A DNA stretch of 57,112 nucleotides, the filler included, from Platydemus manokwari (Eukaryota), in assembly GCA_037951405.1 (NCBI GenBank). It is 5 parts of 5 records of this genome, joined end to end, with 100 filler letters (N's around TTAATTAATTAA, not from the genome) between each part and the next. Parts side by side here need not be neighbours in the genome. Positions count along the whole stretch, not along the records: positions 25,441 to 35,370 come from JBBMOY011187988.1; positions 35,471 to 45,159 come from JBBMOY011217544.1; 3 more parts are not named here. One strand, 5' to 3'. A program made the translations under genes and the position numbers. The stretch's first letter is position 1. The number at the start of each line of letters is the position of its first letter. Under the pieces are notes generated by a model. It searched no databases and was not told where the DNA came from. It worked only from the letters and a program-made list of their open reading frames with translations. Below are positions 25,927 to 39,560 of this stretch, piece after piece.

Positions 25927-25961
<35 letters not shown>
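25927..25961. repeat. (CA)n(TA)n microsatellite
   Basis: Directly visible compound dinucleotide run. Confidence 0.9.
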
Positions 25962-27509
25962 GATCGCATATTATTCTTATTTAAAGAGCGTAAGTTCAAA
26001 AACCCTCTTGAAAAGGACACTTATCCAATCTGCGCGTCGGGTCTACTTAAAATTGTAACAATAATTAATCTTATACAATGCTTCTATAATTATAATACAT
26101 ATTTTGGTGTTAAAATTGGTTTTGATATTCATTTAGAATTTAGCTTTATAAGGATTCACAAATTCATCATTAAATATTTCATTATCACTTATCAGCTTTT
26201 TGAAGTTGTTCTGATGCATCATTAAATAGTAAAATAAATAATAGAGGCATTGATAATATTTAAATTATTAAATGAATCGTTGTCTACCCCGTTTAACCAA
26301 TCTTCATATTAGTTGAATACATCATGGCTAATAAAGAGCATAAATTAAAAGTCTGAGGGTCAGACGGATTCTATAAACTGATAAATACGTAGATACCGAT
26401 TAATCAAATTCAATAACAATAAATTAAGATAAACCAAAACCCCGAAATTACTGATGATTATGTATAAAAACTAAAGAACCGGAAGAATTTTCAATATGTA
26501 GTTAAAGCTAGGCGATAACAATAAAACATTTAATACTTTAACCAAAGGAATGTTTATTAATGTCATTCTGAAAGTGTTTTTTAAATTTTACTATATTATT
26601 TACTATATTACTTTACTATAATATGAGTAATCACAACTTTTTAAAAAATCATTTTCTGTGTAAAATTTTGTGTTACCAAAATAAGAACATGTTAAGACGA
26701 TAAATTTGTAATGGAAACGTACCATGGCGTACTGTATCATTAATATGTGTATTGGTTTTTCACTGTTATATACTGAAAATTTTCATAAGGTTACCATGTG
26801 AACGTGTCTTTAGTAAAAATATAGGAATTTTGGAATTCTAAATATTGATTTATTTTAATTCTGAATCAAACAAAATTCATATACAGAGAAAATTTTTCAA
26901 AAATGAAGTCCCAATAAGAAAATTGCTAATAAGCAACAGAGAATTTTACAGATTTAAACAAATAATATTCAATAGCATTTACAAACCTAACTGGAAAGAG
27001 AATAAACCGAAACAATAAACTCCATTACTAAACAAGGATTTAGATTTTATCATAAACTTAGAAATTTAAGGAGAAATTAGAATTTTCCATAAATATTTGA
27101 TATCCTCACAAATACTACGAATGGAAAGCCATTCTATGGCATTGAAATTAAATCAGTCGATAAAAGTTTACCAAAAAAGTTATCCATAATGATTAAAGAG
27201 AAATTATATTTTTCGAACCAAGTTGTTTAAGAAAAAAAATTTAACAAAACCAACATTGTTTGGTCTGAAAAACTTTTCCAACAATTTATTTAATATCAAA
27301 TATTCTGAAATAAAAAATAATTTTATTTGTTTTAAATGAGCAAGTTTTGATTTATGCCATCTTATCTGTTTCCAATCTAATCCTTAGGCATACTATTTAA
27401 ATTTCATTTTAACAGTATCACACGATAGGATTTAACCGCATAAAAATTTAATGGTGCATAATATATTACATAAAAGATAAGTATTTCATAACATTAGAAC
27501 ACGACATAG

Positions 27510-29172
27510 TCAATAATAATTTAAATTGACAAAATTATGTTCGATACAACACGTTTTCAGTTCACCTGAATATTCTGATAAATAATAGCCATATCTATTC
27601 CATTGGCTTTTCCATTGCCTGAACCCTGAAAAGTAAATACCATCCCAAATTTTCAAGTATTCATTATAATCACGAACTGTTGTCGTTCTGGTCCCCCATA
27701 ATTCTTTAATATGGGTTTCCAAAATCAATTGTTTTACATAACGCAAATTGCCTTCTTTTAGAATAACATCCAAAGCTTCCCATTCGGAATGTTCAATATC
27801 AATTTTTAGAATATCAATTATCTTATATGTTTCATAAAACATTTTTAAAATCGTCGAGAACTTCTTCATTGTCCATTTGTTTGGCCAAGTTACATCGTTC
27901 TTTGCCAACCCGATTCTATAAAACCATACTTTAGATGATCTTCTATGAACATTTGACAGGTTATACATAGATGGGTCGAATGTTCTCACTGTACAGCCGT
28001 ATTTGATAGAAATCTCATCATCAAATTCCCAAACATATGAAACACCAAAAGAATAAGTCAAACATTTCCGGGGGTTCAATTTGAAATTTTCCATCAAGCA
28101 GACATCATATCCACCATCTTCAAGACTACCAAATCTTCGAAATTCGCTACAATTGAAGGTTATTTCGCCCAACTTTGAAAAATATTCCTTTTCCTTTTTC
28201 ATTGCTGTAATATTGTTAACGTTCAAATATTTTAACCACAAAACTTGCAATGTATGATCATATAATTATACTATTAATAATTATTATAGTATAATAATTC
28301 AGTGATAATAGGATTAGTAATACAGTATTCCTCATCGTAACCTCCAATTCCGCTTAAGCGCCACATTTTTCCAATGATGTTCTTTTTTATTACTTTTCTT
28401 ATAAAAATCTGCTATCCAAAAGTGTTAGGAGGAGGTGATTAATAAAATCCTGCATAAGATTTCTTAATAATCCTTTATAAATTTCCTGGTAGAAGTCAAT
28501 AAATAAAATCTTATTGATTTTCTTTTATTTTATCTTGAAATTCATTAGATTGAATCAGTATAATATAATTATTAAAATTAAAATAAAACTCAATAATTTA
28601 AAAAAAAAACAAAATTAAAGTTAAAAATTACGAAAAAATAGAAATATTTTTTATTAGATTCTTCAATCCAATTAAATATTGATCTTACATTCACTACTGA
28701 CTTTTGAAAGTATTTTAAGTTGAAAATATTCCAAACATCCTTTATGTTTCAAATAACTTTTTACTTAAAATGTACTTATGTTCCTGCTTTTGCTTTCTTC
28801 AACAAAAGGTTTGTCTGAACCGAATTCGGATCTAAAATCATTTAGAAGATAACATAAAACATCAGTACATCGTTAAGTTGTATTTGAAACTTATAGCCTT
28901 TCTCCAAAGAACTTATAAATAAACCAATAATAATTTAGAGTGAAATGCATGACTTATTTCAACTCTGATAATAATATGCTATAATAAAGTTTCGAAAATG
29001 AAATAAAATTTCAACAAATCACTTACATAATTAATTATAAAAGATTATAAATTAAAATTGTCAATGTAAATTTACCTTCCTTGTTATTATACATATTCTT
29101 TAGGAAGAGAACGATAAAAATAAAAACATTGGAACCAAGAAAACAGTAAAATGCCATTTTCATACGAATCAT
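27510..29172 (-). CDS. METTL24-like (Methyltransf_22/FkbM-related) methyltransferase with N-terminal signal anchor; multi-exon
   Basis: Large last exon: RRFGSLEDGGYDVC, CLTYSFGV, WEFD, GCTVRTFDPS, IDILKIDIEHSEW, VKQLILETH. First exon 29172-29076 encodes MIRMKMAFYCFLGSNVFIFIVLFLKNMYNNKE with a GT donor. Small middle exons are only partly resolved. Confidence 0.8.
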
Positions 29173-30653
29173 TTTCCAATAAATCTAAATACAATCAAGA
29201 TGAATTCGTTAATAACGAGAATATCGAAAATTAAATTGAAATGAATTACATGTCTGAAATGGGTAATTTGAGATTCCAATTTATTAAAACACAAATGAAA
29301 AGTAATAAATATAAACATTTAGCATGATTGATAAATTTGAATTTGAAATGTTAGAAAAATATTAGAATTGGATGATCTTTGAAATTCCGATATCTAGTAA
29401 TAATATAGTTATGAAAATTTAACCACAATAAGAATTACGAAGTTGTTTATACCAAACTTGGTAAGAAAGTTTACTTTTTGGTCTATCAAATAACCCATTT
29501 ACCTTTTAAAATAATTATCATAAATCCTGACCTGGTTTTCATAATGTTTCTTAAAATGATAATTAATTTTCAAATTTTTCCAAAGATTTCTTTTAATGCA
29601 AGATTTTATGGAATTGCATGCAATTCTACAATTATTGGGTTTATGTGGTTTGAAATCCTATATACTGCTGTTGATTAACCCAACAGACGAGTTTGAAATA
29701 AAAAATAAATATAATGACTTTTTCTTGAAAAATAAACTTTATCTTTGAAATCACAACACAATTAGCTTAGAAAAAATGTATTCAATTCAGCACAGTTTAC
29801 ACAAAAAGCCACTTGTATAATTATATAATTATTTAGAAAAAACAAATTATCACCGAATAGAGAGCAATTGATCTCTGCAACACTTTTGAAATCAGTACTT
29901 TTATATTTAAGATATGAAGGTAAATTAACAATATAAGTCTTTTCTTTAAAATTTGCGTGTTGGCTGTTTGTTCAACTTGAGGTTGAGTTGATTCAAATTG
30001 AAATACATAATAAATAAACTTCATCAACACTTTACAAAGTCGTAATATCTCAATTTTGATTCACTATTTCTACTATTTCCATAGTGTTTCAAAAAAAGTT
30101 TTGAAAACATTAAATAATTGCAAAATTTAAAGGATAATTAATTGAAATATTTGTTTAATTATAAGCAATGCAAAGTGAAGTTTTATAAACTGTCAAAAGC
30201 TTTTATAGACATGATTTTTGCTATGGTCACTTAATTAAGCTATAAATTTTTAATGTCGTTTATCAATGTTTCTATAGTACCTTGGATCAGAAATTAAAAA
30301 AAAAAATAAAATCATTGTAATTTAATGTTATAGTCTTATTTATTAAATAAACCAATATTTATTAAAACTCTTTTAATGACCTAATGAATTTTTTTTATCT
30401 AAAGAAATGTATATACAATGAAAATAATTAAATCTTTTTATCAAATCATTAAACATTAAAATATGTAACTTAAATATTATCAATCATTTTGATACATTAA
30501 GTACTTCAATAGAAATCTTTTAATAATTATAAACAAAAAACAAGTTTATTTTATACCCCCATATGCTATTTCTAATTTTGTTTTACTTTTAAGATTAACT
30601 TTACTTTTCGAGGTCAATAAATTTGCAAACAAGCATCAAATTTGGTTAATAAA

Positions 30654-31064
30654 ATGGGTAATTGAATAATAAATGTAAAAATCGAAATAATGAAATAATT
30701 TTAAGGAAAGGTTTATTGTCAGATTTGCAACAAGCGTTGTAAAGGTGATGTATTGAAAGTTCACGACAAATACATCCACAAATCATGCTTTCTTTGTTGC
30801 TGTAAGTATATCAAGCATTTCATTTTAATAATACAGATTTTACGAGAACCAAAAAAGCATCAAAGTTTTAATATTTATAGGTTGCAAAACAAGTCTGGAA
30901 AAAGGTGGATTCTTTTTGAAAGAAGATAAATATTATTGTAAAAATGATTATTTGGAAAAATTCGGTGTAAAATGTCAAGTCTGTCATGAAATTGCTGAAG
31001 GAGAAGTCATTGTAATATTTGCAACGACATTCCATCCGAATTGTTTCAAATGCAAAAACTGTGT
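30654..31064 (+). CDS. unc-115: 5' exons of actin-binding LIM protein (abLIM / UNC-115); remainder not found in this contig
   Basis: Exons 30654-30657, 30706-30801 and 30881-31064 splice to MGKVYCQICNKRCKGDVLKVHDKYIHKSCFLCCCCKTSLEKGGFFLKEDKYYCKNDYLEKFGVKCQVCHEIAEGEVIVIFATTFHPNCFKCKNC. This is LIM1 plus most of LIM2 with the abLIM-typical C.G[DE]VL[KR]V and GGFF motifs. Absent from the ORF track. Confidence 0.88.
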
Positions 31065-31984
31065 GTGAGATTTTCGTAGATTTATTTCATAATTATTTTC
31101 ATTCACTCTCCCCACAAATAAAATCATAAAACCATAGAAAATTTAAACCCTATTCTCATTTCTATTAGTAATTCGATAAATTTTCTAAATGAAAAAAGCA
31201 TTTTTTCTGAAGATATTAAAAAAAAATCACAAAAAATCCGTGAAAAAATAGGATTGTTTTTCTCGTTTAATTTTTCTCCAAATCACCATGGTTACGTCGT
31301 TGTATAGGAGGAATATATTTGATAAATGTTATCTCTCGATTTTTGTGCCGAAATGAATTAATCTAATCAGCCGAGCTCAATCTAACTAATTTGAGGAACC
31401 GTTGACATTGAGAACAAAAAATGTTTCCGTATCATTAAATTTTCCACGAAGATTAACAAATTTCGTTTTCGATTTCATCACTGTCAACAGTTTTGACTTT
31501 TATCGATTTTTTCCCCCAGATTTGTTTGAGATGTGATTTGAATAATTAATACCAACGATATTTCCGAGAATCCCACTATTGTCATCGATTCCTGGAATTG
31601 ATTGGATTCGAATGATGTTGGAAAAATTGAGCTGAACTGATTTGAAAGGATGCTGGTAGAGTCCCGGAGTTTATGCTTGAAACATATCAATGTATGACAT
31701 CATTTTAAATACTTCCATATCTTTAAGCTTATATTGAAAAATATCAATAATTTTTCATTCAATACAATATTTGATTTAAAAAAGCAAATTTTCAAGTCAT
31801 AACTTTAGCTATTTGACCACCACCAATCAAAAATTGCCTGGTCAATCCCTATTAAATTTTCATTTGCTGTTCTAAATGCAAAAATCTTAATAATAATAAA
31901 TATCCAAGATAAATTTTCCTTAACAAACACGGACTAACTGGTACACATTTTGCGGGATGACTGCGGAAGTAAATTAATTGATAA

Positions 31985-32320
31985 AATAATTTATTTTAAA
32001 ATCATCTCAACACATTTCTTTACGATTATCTTGAATTCATTTCTTATTTATTCTTGCACCGAATTCTCTCTCTCTGTATATGTATATATTTATGCCTTCT
32101 ATATTCTTTATATCTTTGTATATTCTTTAAACTTCTTCTATTCCATACTTTTCTGTCAATGGTCTTCCAAAAATAGCAATCCAATGAGTGAACGCTGTAA
32201 GCCACTACTAAATTATAAAGCACGAATTGGAAACAAATCGAAAAATCACCAGATCAAATTTTGTTTAGTCAGATTATTTAAACAAATTTTCACAAGAATG
32301 ATTAATAAAAATATCTTTCT
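31985..32320 (-). repeat. Copy A (inverted) of an unclassified ~400-bp repeat
   Basis: The reverse complement aligns without gaps to 34298-34362 (about 49/65 by hand) and, in a second block, to about 34393-34428 (about 28/36). Both copies continue into a purine-rich tract. Confidence 0.75.
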
Positions 32321-32896
32321 TTCATGTTTTTGATTGACCAATATTGATTGACCCAATAAAGATAAACTTTAATCTGTGAATAATTTTACTTTTAATAAAT
32401 AACTATTAAATAAAATGACATCACAAAAGTCACCAAATGAGATATATCTGGAGGAATTTCCTGAAAAGTCGTTATAACTACAGGACTCTATGTAATATCC
32501 ATGAGAAGCGCAAATATATATCTTTTAATATTATTTTTCGTCAAATTTAAATAAATAATTTCTTCCCATGATTTCTTCAAAACATTTACTGTTTCCCACA
32601 GGAGTTATAATTATTAAATAACTCTAAAAACTCTACAAAGATAATATAATATTTTAAAAAACATCTGAATGTCAAATATTTTTATAAAATTGTTACAAGT
32701 CATTAGCTGAAAGTTTATTTTTTCTGATAACTTTATTTTTTCAATTACCACTGATGGTAAAGAATCAAGTAGAAAAAAAAGTTTTTGTAAAATTTTTTGT
32801 TTTTATAAAGTGTTATGTGAGGGATCTGATAGTATAAAGCTAATATTCAATAATAAAAGGTATTCAATAACACGTGGTAAGTGACATTGATAATAA

Positions 32897-32950
32897 ATGA
32901 TATGACTGATATGATATGATATGATATGATATATGATATGATATGATATA
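32897..32950. repeat. (GATAT)n pentanucleotide array
   Basis: TGATATGATATGATATGATATGATATATGATATGATATGATATA. Confidence 0.9.
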
Positions 32951-33142
32951 CTACAATATATGACATGATATATACATTTAATAGATTAAAAAGTTCCCCA
33001 TGAGTTATAATTCAATATAAAATCTGACAAATTAGGAACATTGAAAATATCAATATATAAATCGAATAAACTATTTGACCATATCTATATTATTGGTGTC
33101 ATCGATAATTTCACGAGTTAATGTTTAACGAATTAATCTCAT

Positions 33143-33588
33143 CTATATTACACATTTATAATACCATTTACTCAATAAACCCAACAAATATTGTTCATAA
33201 TCGTCAATGAGTGACAGGTGAATTGTGATCATTGGAATGTCAATCAAATCTCTTATAAATATTCTGAATATTTGAATTTGTTTTGAATATTTTTCATAAA
33301 ATTTTATTTCAAAGTCTAAAATAGCAATATAGAGAAAAATCATTAAATTTTATAAATTGCAAAATACCACTAAACAGATAATTTTTTTAATTTTAAATTT
33401 CAAGACAGGTGGAATGATTTTAAAAGTAAATACTTTGAAGCATAAACAATCAGATCAAAATACGCAAATTCATCATCATATGTCATCAAATAATAATAAA
33501 GCGTTCCGATAACAATTGTCGGAAGAAATAAAACAACAATTGATAAAGCGAAGAGTTTATAACTGAGACTTGTGTCAATGGTTTTCAT
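33143..33588 (-). CDS. Putative small orphan membrane protein (two ORF blocks, possibly joined by an intron)
   Basis: MKTIDTSLSYKLFALSIVVLFLPTIVIGTLYYYLMTYDDEFAYFDLIVYASK (one TM helix), then a second block DFEIKFYEKYSKQIQIFRIFIRDLIDIP... No family recognised and splicing not resolved. Confidence 0.35.
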
Positions 33589-34199
33589 TGATTAGTTTGA
33601 GATATAAATCTGATCATTTAAATAATAATCTCAGCACAATAATAATGAAAAGAATAAAAATCTTTTTTAAAAAATGGGTGCCGTTTATAAATCGAATTTA
33701 TACATATAATTTCATAATTATCGTTAAAGATATAATAAAGTCTTAAATGTAAATGTTATACCATGTTTTCATTCAAAATATTATTGGAGAATCTTAATAA
33801 AGACTTGAGTGAAATATTGATTTTGTGTAGAATAAATTTGATATTTTCCAAAATACTTTGATAAAGTTTTAAACTGTTATCATTCCATCACCGTTACCCT
33901 TTGACAAATGTGACCACCAAACACAAGTTACTGTTTCAATATAATATTGATTTTTAATTATTTTTTCACTTTTAATTGAAAGATAAATGCATTACTTGAT
34001 ATATCAAATAGCCCTTTTTGTGTTAATTTTATAAATTCTATAAACATTTTAGGTTATCTTTGCACTTTATATATATACTTTACAAGATCTCAAATATAAA
34101 TAATATGTTTCAGATATCAAACCTATAGATGAAAATGATAAAGCAACATCAATAAATCTATCTATTCAATTATAAAAGTGCTTTATATGTATTTGTGAA

Positions 34200-34763
34200 C
34201 ATTTTAAATTGAATTTAAAAATTTAAAATATTCAATTCTGTATAATATTTTTTGTATAAAATCAATTCAATTTATTTAAACAATTGTATTTGAATATAAT
34301 TTGGTGTTGTGACTTCACAGTTCGTTTTCGATTCGTTTTTTATAAAATAGTAGCGGCTTACATGGCTACCACAGATCAGGATTTGATTGTGAGAAAATCA
34401 ATGACTGAAAATTATAGAAAAGAAGGAGAAAGATGTTGAGACTATATAGAGAAGATATAAAGGAAATGTAAAGTAGATATAAAGAAATAAAAAAGATTTA
34501 GAGAAGATATAAAACAGATAGCAAAACTAGAATTTGTTATATAGATAAATATGTGATCATTCGATACAATTAGGAATACAAAGAATATCAAATATTTTAG
34601 AGAAAGGGGGATGTGCGCATTTTAAATTGAATTAAAGAAATTATCGATTTAATTCTGTATAATATAGTTGTAATAGTTGTAAATAGTTGTAATTAAAATA
34701 TAATTTGGTGTCGTGACTTTTCAGTTCGTTTTCGATGCGTTTTTATAAAATAGTAGCGATTTA
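34200..34763 (+). repeat. Copies B and C (tandem, period about 404-420 bp) of the same unclassified repeat
   Basis: AATATAATTTGGTGTYGTGACTT..CAGTTCGTTTTCGAT.CGTTTTTATAAAATAGTAGCG at 34293-34362 and 34697-34763. Both are preceded by TTTAAATTGAATT...AATTCTGTATAATAT. Confidence 0.85.
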
Positions 34764-35370
34764 TAATCTTAAAAAAATGTTCAATAGATTCTTGATAAAG
34801 AAAAACGATTTCGATTTTCAATTCATAATTTTTTCTTTATCATAATGAACGGCAAATGAGATGTCATCATTTGATCTTGATCGATTAGTAGCCAAACGAC
34901 AGTATTTTCCTTACATCCATGATATTGAAAACTCTATCTTCTATGAACGATATCATTATTGAAGCTGATTTTCATCAAATGAATCTCTTTAATCAAATTG
35001 AAATCATATTTCCATTCAACAACAAATATATTTGTTCCCAACTTTTCAAAAATACCGTTTATAAAATCCACACAAAAAAATATTTATGTGACAAATGCAC
35101 GAAATTTTCTATCAATTAAAATCAAATTAGTTATGAATAAATATTATATTCAAACAGTAGCAGCTGCATTTTGATGATCACACACAAAATTGACAAAACG
35201 ATAATTGTTTATTTCCATTGATTTAATATGAAATTTAATTAATTTTATGACTAGAACATTACATATGAAGATCGAAAAAAGAATTTGAACTAAAAGATTT
35301 TATAATCATATTTCATTGGATGTATAAATGTATGAAAATGCTTAGTACATTAGACAAAATCTATCATGTG

Positions 35371-35470
35371 NNNNNNNNNNNNNNNNNNNNNNNNNNNNNN
35401 NNNNNNNNNNNNNNTTAATTAATTAANNNNNNNNNNNNNNNNNNNNNNNNNNNNNNNNNNNNNNNNNNNN
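35371..35470. other. Artificial contig-joining spacer
   Basis: 44N-TTAATTAATTAA-44N. Confidence 0.95.
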
Positions 35471-35699
35471 TCACTAAAATTAATATCATTCCGTTTAGGC
35501 CCAGAGAGTCAACAGAATCTCTGTGCTTCGATTAAATATATCAAACTTATCTGCCGACATCTTGGTCTTCAATACCAGGTGTTGAAGCCCCCATAGAGTC
35601 AGTACCTTTAGATCAAAGCGCCAATTAACTAACTAAATCAATAATATTTAAACATCCAACCCGAAACAACACCAAACCCAACCCACCAAACAATTTCCA

Positions 35700-36185
35700 A
35701 TAGTAGAAGAAGAACTTTCTAGTGTTCTAAATGGCAGGACATTAACCTTGAAGCATTTTGAGTTTAACTTTATGCATTTAGGTTGTTGGTTGAAAAAGAA
35801 TATCCTGCAATTGCTCAGAAAGCGCTACGACTCCTTGCGCAATTTCCAACCTAATATTTGTGTGAATTTGGATTTTCAGCACTGACAACCATCGAACAAC
35901 CATGTGAAACAAGCACAATTACTGTCTGTGGAAGACGAACTTCGTGTTAGTCTGTCCAAAACGTGACCGAATCTTAAAGAGTTGTACAGGAAACACCAGA
36001 CTCAAATTTGCCCCTGAGTTTTTGAAAAGAATAAAATTAGTCCATTCAAACATGTACAATTTTGTTTTAATTTCATCAACATACATGCACAATACTCTGA
36101 ACATCAATACTTTTATTTCATTTTAAAAAATGAATGCTGTTTTCTGCATAAATAATTAAGTTATTGGACAGTGGTTCCGCGAGCC
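35700..36185 (+). mobile_element. Buster/Charlie-type hAT transposase relic (C-terminus)
   Basis: LVEKEYPAIAQKALRLLAQFPT*YLCEFGFSALTTI...LSVEDELRVSLSKT*PNLKELYRKHQ matches the Buster/ZBED5 C-terminal motif (YP..A..A...L..F.TTYLCE.GFS). A Charlie-like CAGTGGTTCC occurs near 36169. Confidence 0.8.
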
Positions 36186-38879
36186 AGAGGAATGTTTCCG
36201 TGGATTTCAAATCACCAAACAATACAAAGCATTTGAAGCTTTCGATTATCATCTGTCAGTTTACAATCAGAATCAGAAAGATTTTATTTTCGATTGATCA
36301 ATAAATCCAATAAATTCTATGGCTGAAAACGAAAAGCTAAAATAATTATTATATATCTTTTAATCAACTCGTTTTTGTGGAAACAAATTAAGTTTTATCA
36401 TTTAAGGTTTTTGTAAATTAAAAAAACAAAATGTTTCTACTTAATAATTTCAAAAAAACGAATCTGCATTCTCCACTGAATATGATTTTTTTGTTTAATT
36501 GAATTATAATTATTTTATCGATTGTTTAAACTGTGGTTTCAAAAAAATCAGAAAATATCGTATGAAATAATGTTTTTAAAACTCTGATCCATTAATTGAA
36601 CAACTTGTATCGTGAATGAAATACTAACTACTGTTATCTTTCGAACAGCCAATCAGATTTTAGTTCCAATATTTTAATAACAGATTTTATCAATTTTTTT
36701 ACAAATTTATTACAGTCAAGTGTACTAAAAAATATACAAATAATTCAAAATTATTCTCGAGAAAAAATTTATTTACTTAAGTTGGTGCAGGTCACGAATA
36801 CCATATAGATTGATTATATATCGATTAACTAATTCCAACAGAAATTCTGTCTTTTGGTTTCTTACAAAAATGATTTAGAAAATTGGAAAATTCTTAATTT
36901 TGCCTTATTAATCTTGCTTGTTTGCAGGAAATTTTGATGCTCTATTATTGATTATTTTTTTCGTGCCACCGAATGGATTACATTCTCGTTAATTTCACCC
37001 AATGGGTTATTTCGATAAAAATTTGATAAAAATTTAATGTTTGGTCTAAAAATTGTATTGAAAATCCATAAGTTACCTCTAATTGCATATGTGATGAAAC
37101 ACTCATTATCAATTAAGGCATTCATCAACAACTGTAGAACAATAGATATCGATATCAATTGATGCCAATTTCTATAGATTTTTGAACGTCTTCAACCCAC
37201 ACTTTTATCGAGTTGCTCTTTAAAGCTTCAATAATATCAGTGTCCAATCCGTTTTTTCATTAATATTAGTCTGTAACATGAGGAATTTAAAGTTTGGCTA
37301 GGAAATCCTCAACTAATTCTTCTTACATATTACAAAAATTCAAACCAATAATGAATATAAAAAACAACTTATTGAATCAGATGGATCTAATCTAACGCGG
37401 GATATTAATTTTATATTATTATTCACAACGAATTTTTTAAATTTATCCCAACCAGATCAATGCATTTTTATTCCAATATAAATAGATGTTTATTTAAAAA
37501 ATAAAGGCAAAATTTTATAATTTCGAAATTTGAAAATATATTTCTATCAAGAGCAATATAGTTTTAAAACAATTTAAAATACTTTCTAAAAAAAAAAATA
37601 AATTTGGCTGGGTCCATTGACCCACTTTTGCTTTTATTAATTTACCCATAAAAGGTCATGTTACAATATAATTTTATGAAAGAAAATTTCAAATTTTATT
37701 TATAAATTTATTTTTTCTAAAAATTTTTAATTTTTGATCGAAATTGTATAAATTTAATCTTCTTCGAAATTATGATTTAAATATATCGGTTTACATTATT
37801 AACGGTACCGTGTTGATAACCAAATTTTGGAAGACAATTTGTAAGATCTTTAATTAACATTAAAATTAATTGGTACGGCAATACTCATTATCAATTAATA
37901 AGAAAATAATACTTCAGCTATTAATTTGATGTCAGTCTTGTAAGTTCTTCCTAAAGGATATCATAAAGTGTTATTTAATAAAAGAATTTTTAAAATATTT
38001 ATTTTTATGAGATTTCTTTATCTTTTGTGATGTTTGATTTATTTGCGGAACTCATTTGATTGCGGGCCTTATAGGATGTTGAATAGGGACAAAATGAAAC
38101 TGTCGAACTAAGCCCCTATTCTAATCGAAACACTTTCAATCAATTTTTTGATATGGTAAATTTAAATGTATTAAATTAAATGAACTAGTATTAGTCTAGT
38201 ATTAGTTGTTTATATAGAATAATTGTAAATTTTTAATACATCACAATTTGATTCTAATTTTTAAAAAGGGCCTCTCTATTTTTCACTCAATTGAATTCTA
38301 CTTATTTTTATTGGTCTATCAAATAACCAAATTTCAGGAAATTTTAAAGCTCCTGCACATTTTTTATTTGATTTAAAACAACTAAAAATAAAATGAAAAA
38401 TTTGAAATTTTTTAAGGAATATAATTAAATAAACTATATAGATTTTTGCAATACACTCAACAAATTTAAAATTATATTTTAGGAACTCTTTTCTTAACTT
38501 GAGCCTGAAATTTAACAATTATAAATCATCTAAGCAAATTTTATCAAATTAGATTACTTTTATCTTAAAATATCCAGAAAAAAGTTAAGAAATCATTATT
38601 CTTAGCCAAAAGGTGCCCGTGAACTTTCGAGATTAGAAGAAGTAAAACTCAATTCCGTCAAAAACCTAAAGTCATCAATAGATTGTTTTTAATTTATAGC
38701 ATTTTAGTTGGGAACCATTTATTAAAATAATCAATATCTTTCATTTTTATCGATTAAACTCAATAATCAATTGTCAGTGTAAAATGTATCGACAATTATT
38801 ATTAAAATGATCACAATGATCCAAGAAAGAACGTTGTCTGTATTTTACAAATAGAACATCAAATATTTAAGCAGAATAA

Positions 38880-39560
38880 ACATTGGGCGTAATTAGCGAT
38901 TGGAAACTTGTAATGGAATCATTTTCTTGTGCGATGCATGATAATAATATTTGGCATCAGTATGTGTCTGATGAATATTTTTCTATGGATATTCCAATTT
39001 CATCTATCGTTGGTTCTGATGTCGAACTGAAATAATTGAGCTTTTAATAGTTGAACGAAAAAAGATAATTCTGATAATTGGAGCTACCTCTTATGCATTC
39101 AATCCGTTGTACTTGGCTAATTGTAATGACCTATTTTTGGATATTGTACAATTTTATCAATTTTCTTCAGAATATTTTCAGAAAAATAGATTCTTATAGA
39201 ACTATAACAGTTTTCACAAGTAATTCTAAACCAAGAAACCGACTAATTATCATTAGTAATTTGAAGACTGAGCTGATATATTTTTTTCCTATCTTGAAAA
39301 TTTTATTTTCCCTTCTATCTTGCCCATAACATTCTCCAAAATTTTATCTAAATTGGTCATTGAAGAAGATTAAATCGTCATTTAAAATCAAGGTTTACAA
39401 TATCGTCCAATCCAGAGGCGGGCCTGTCGCAGGTTGTGGATGTTTTGTCAATCCAATTTTATTAGAAATATGCTGTGACATCTTGAACACTCTTTTCAAT
39501 CTGCCAATATTCTTGTCCAAGATCTATTGATGACAAACATATGTCACATTCTCAAAGAAA
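38880..39560 (-). mobile_element. Highly decayed Gypsy-type RT/RNase H relic
   Basis: Minus strand has LSSIDLGQEYWQI (RT motif), LDDIV, and later HTDA / FPIANY (RNase H-like), interrupted by many stops. Confidence 0.5.

Noticed and set aside
25960-26050. Helitron/HINE-like short element after the microsatellite
   Set aside because: Only a vague GC-rich 3' motif; no terminal CTAG or convincing hairpin.
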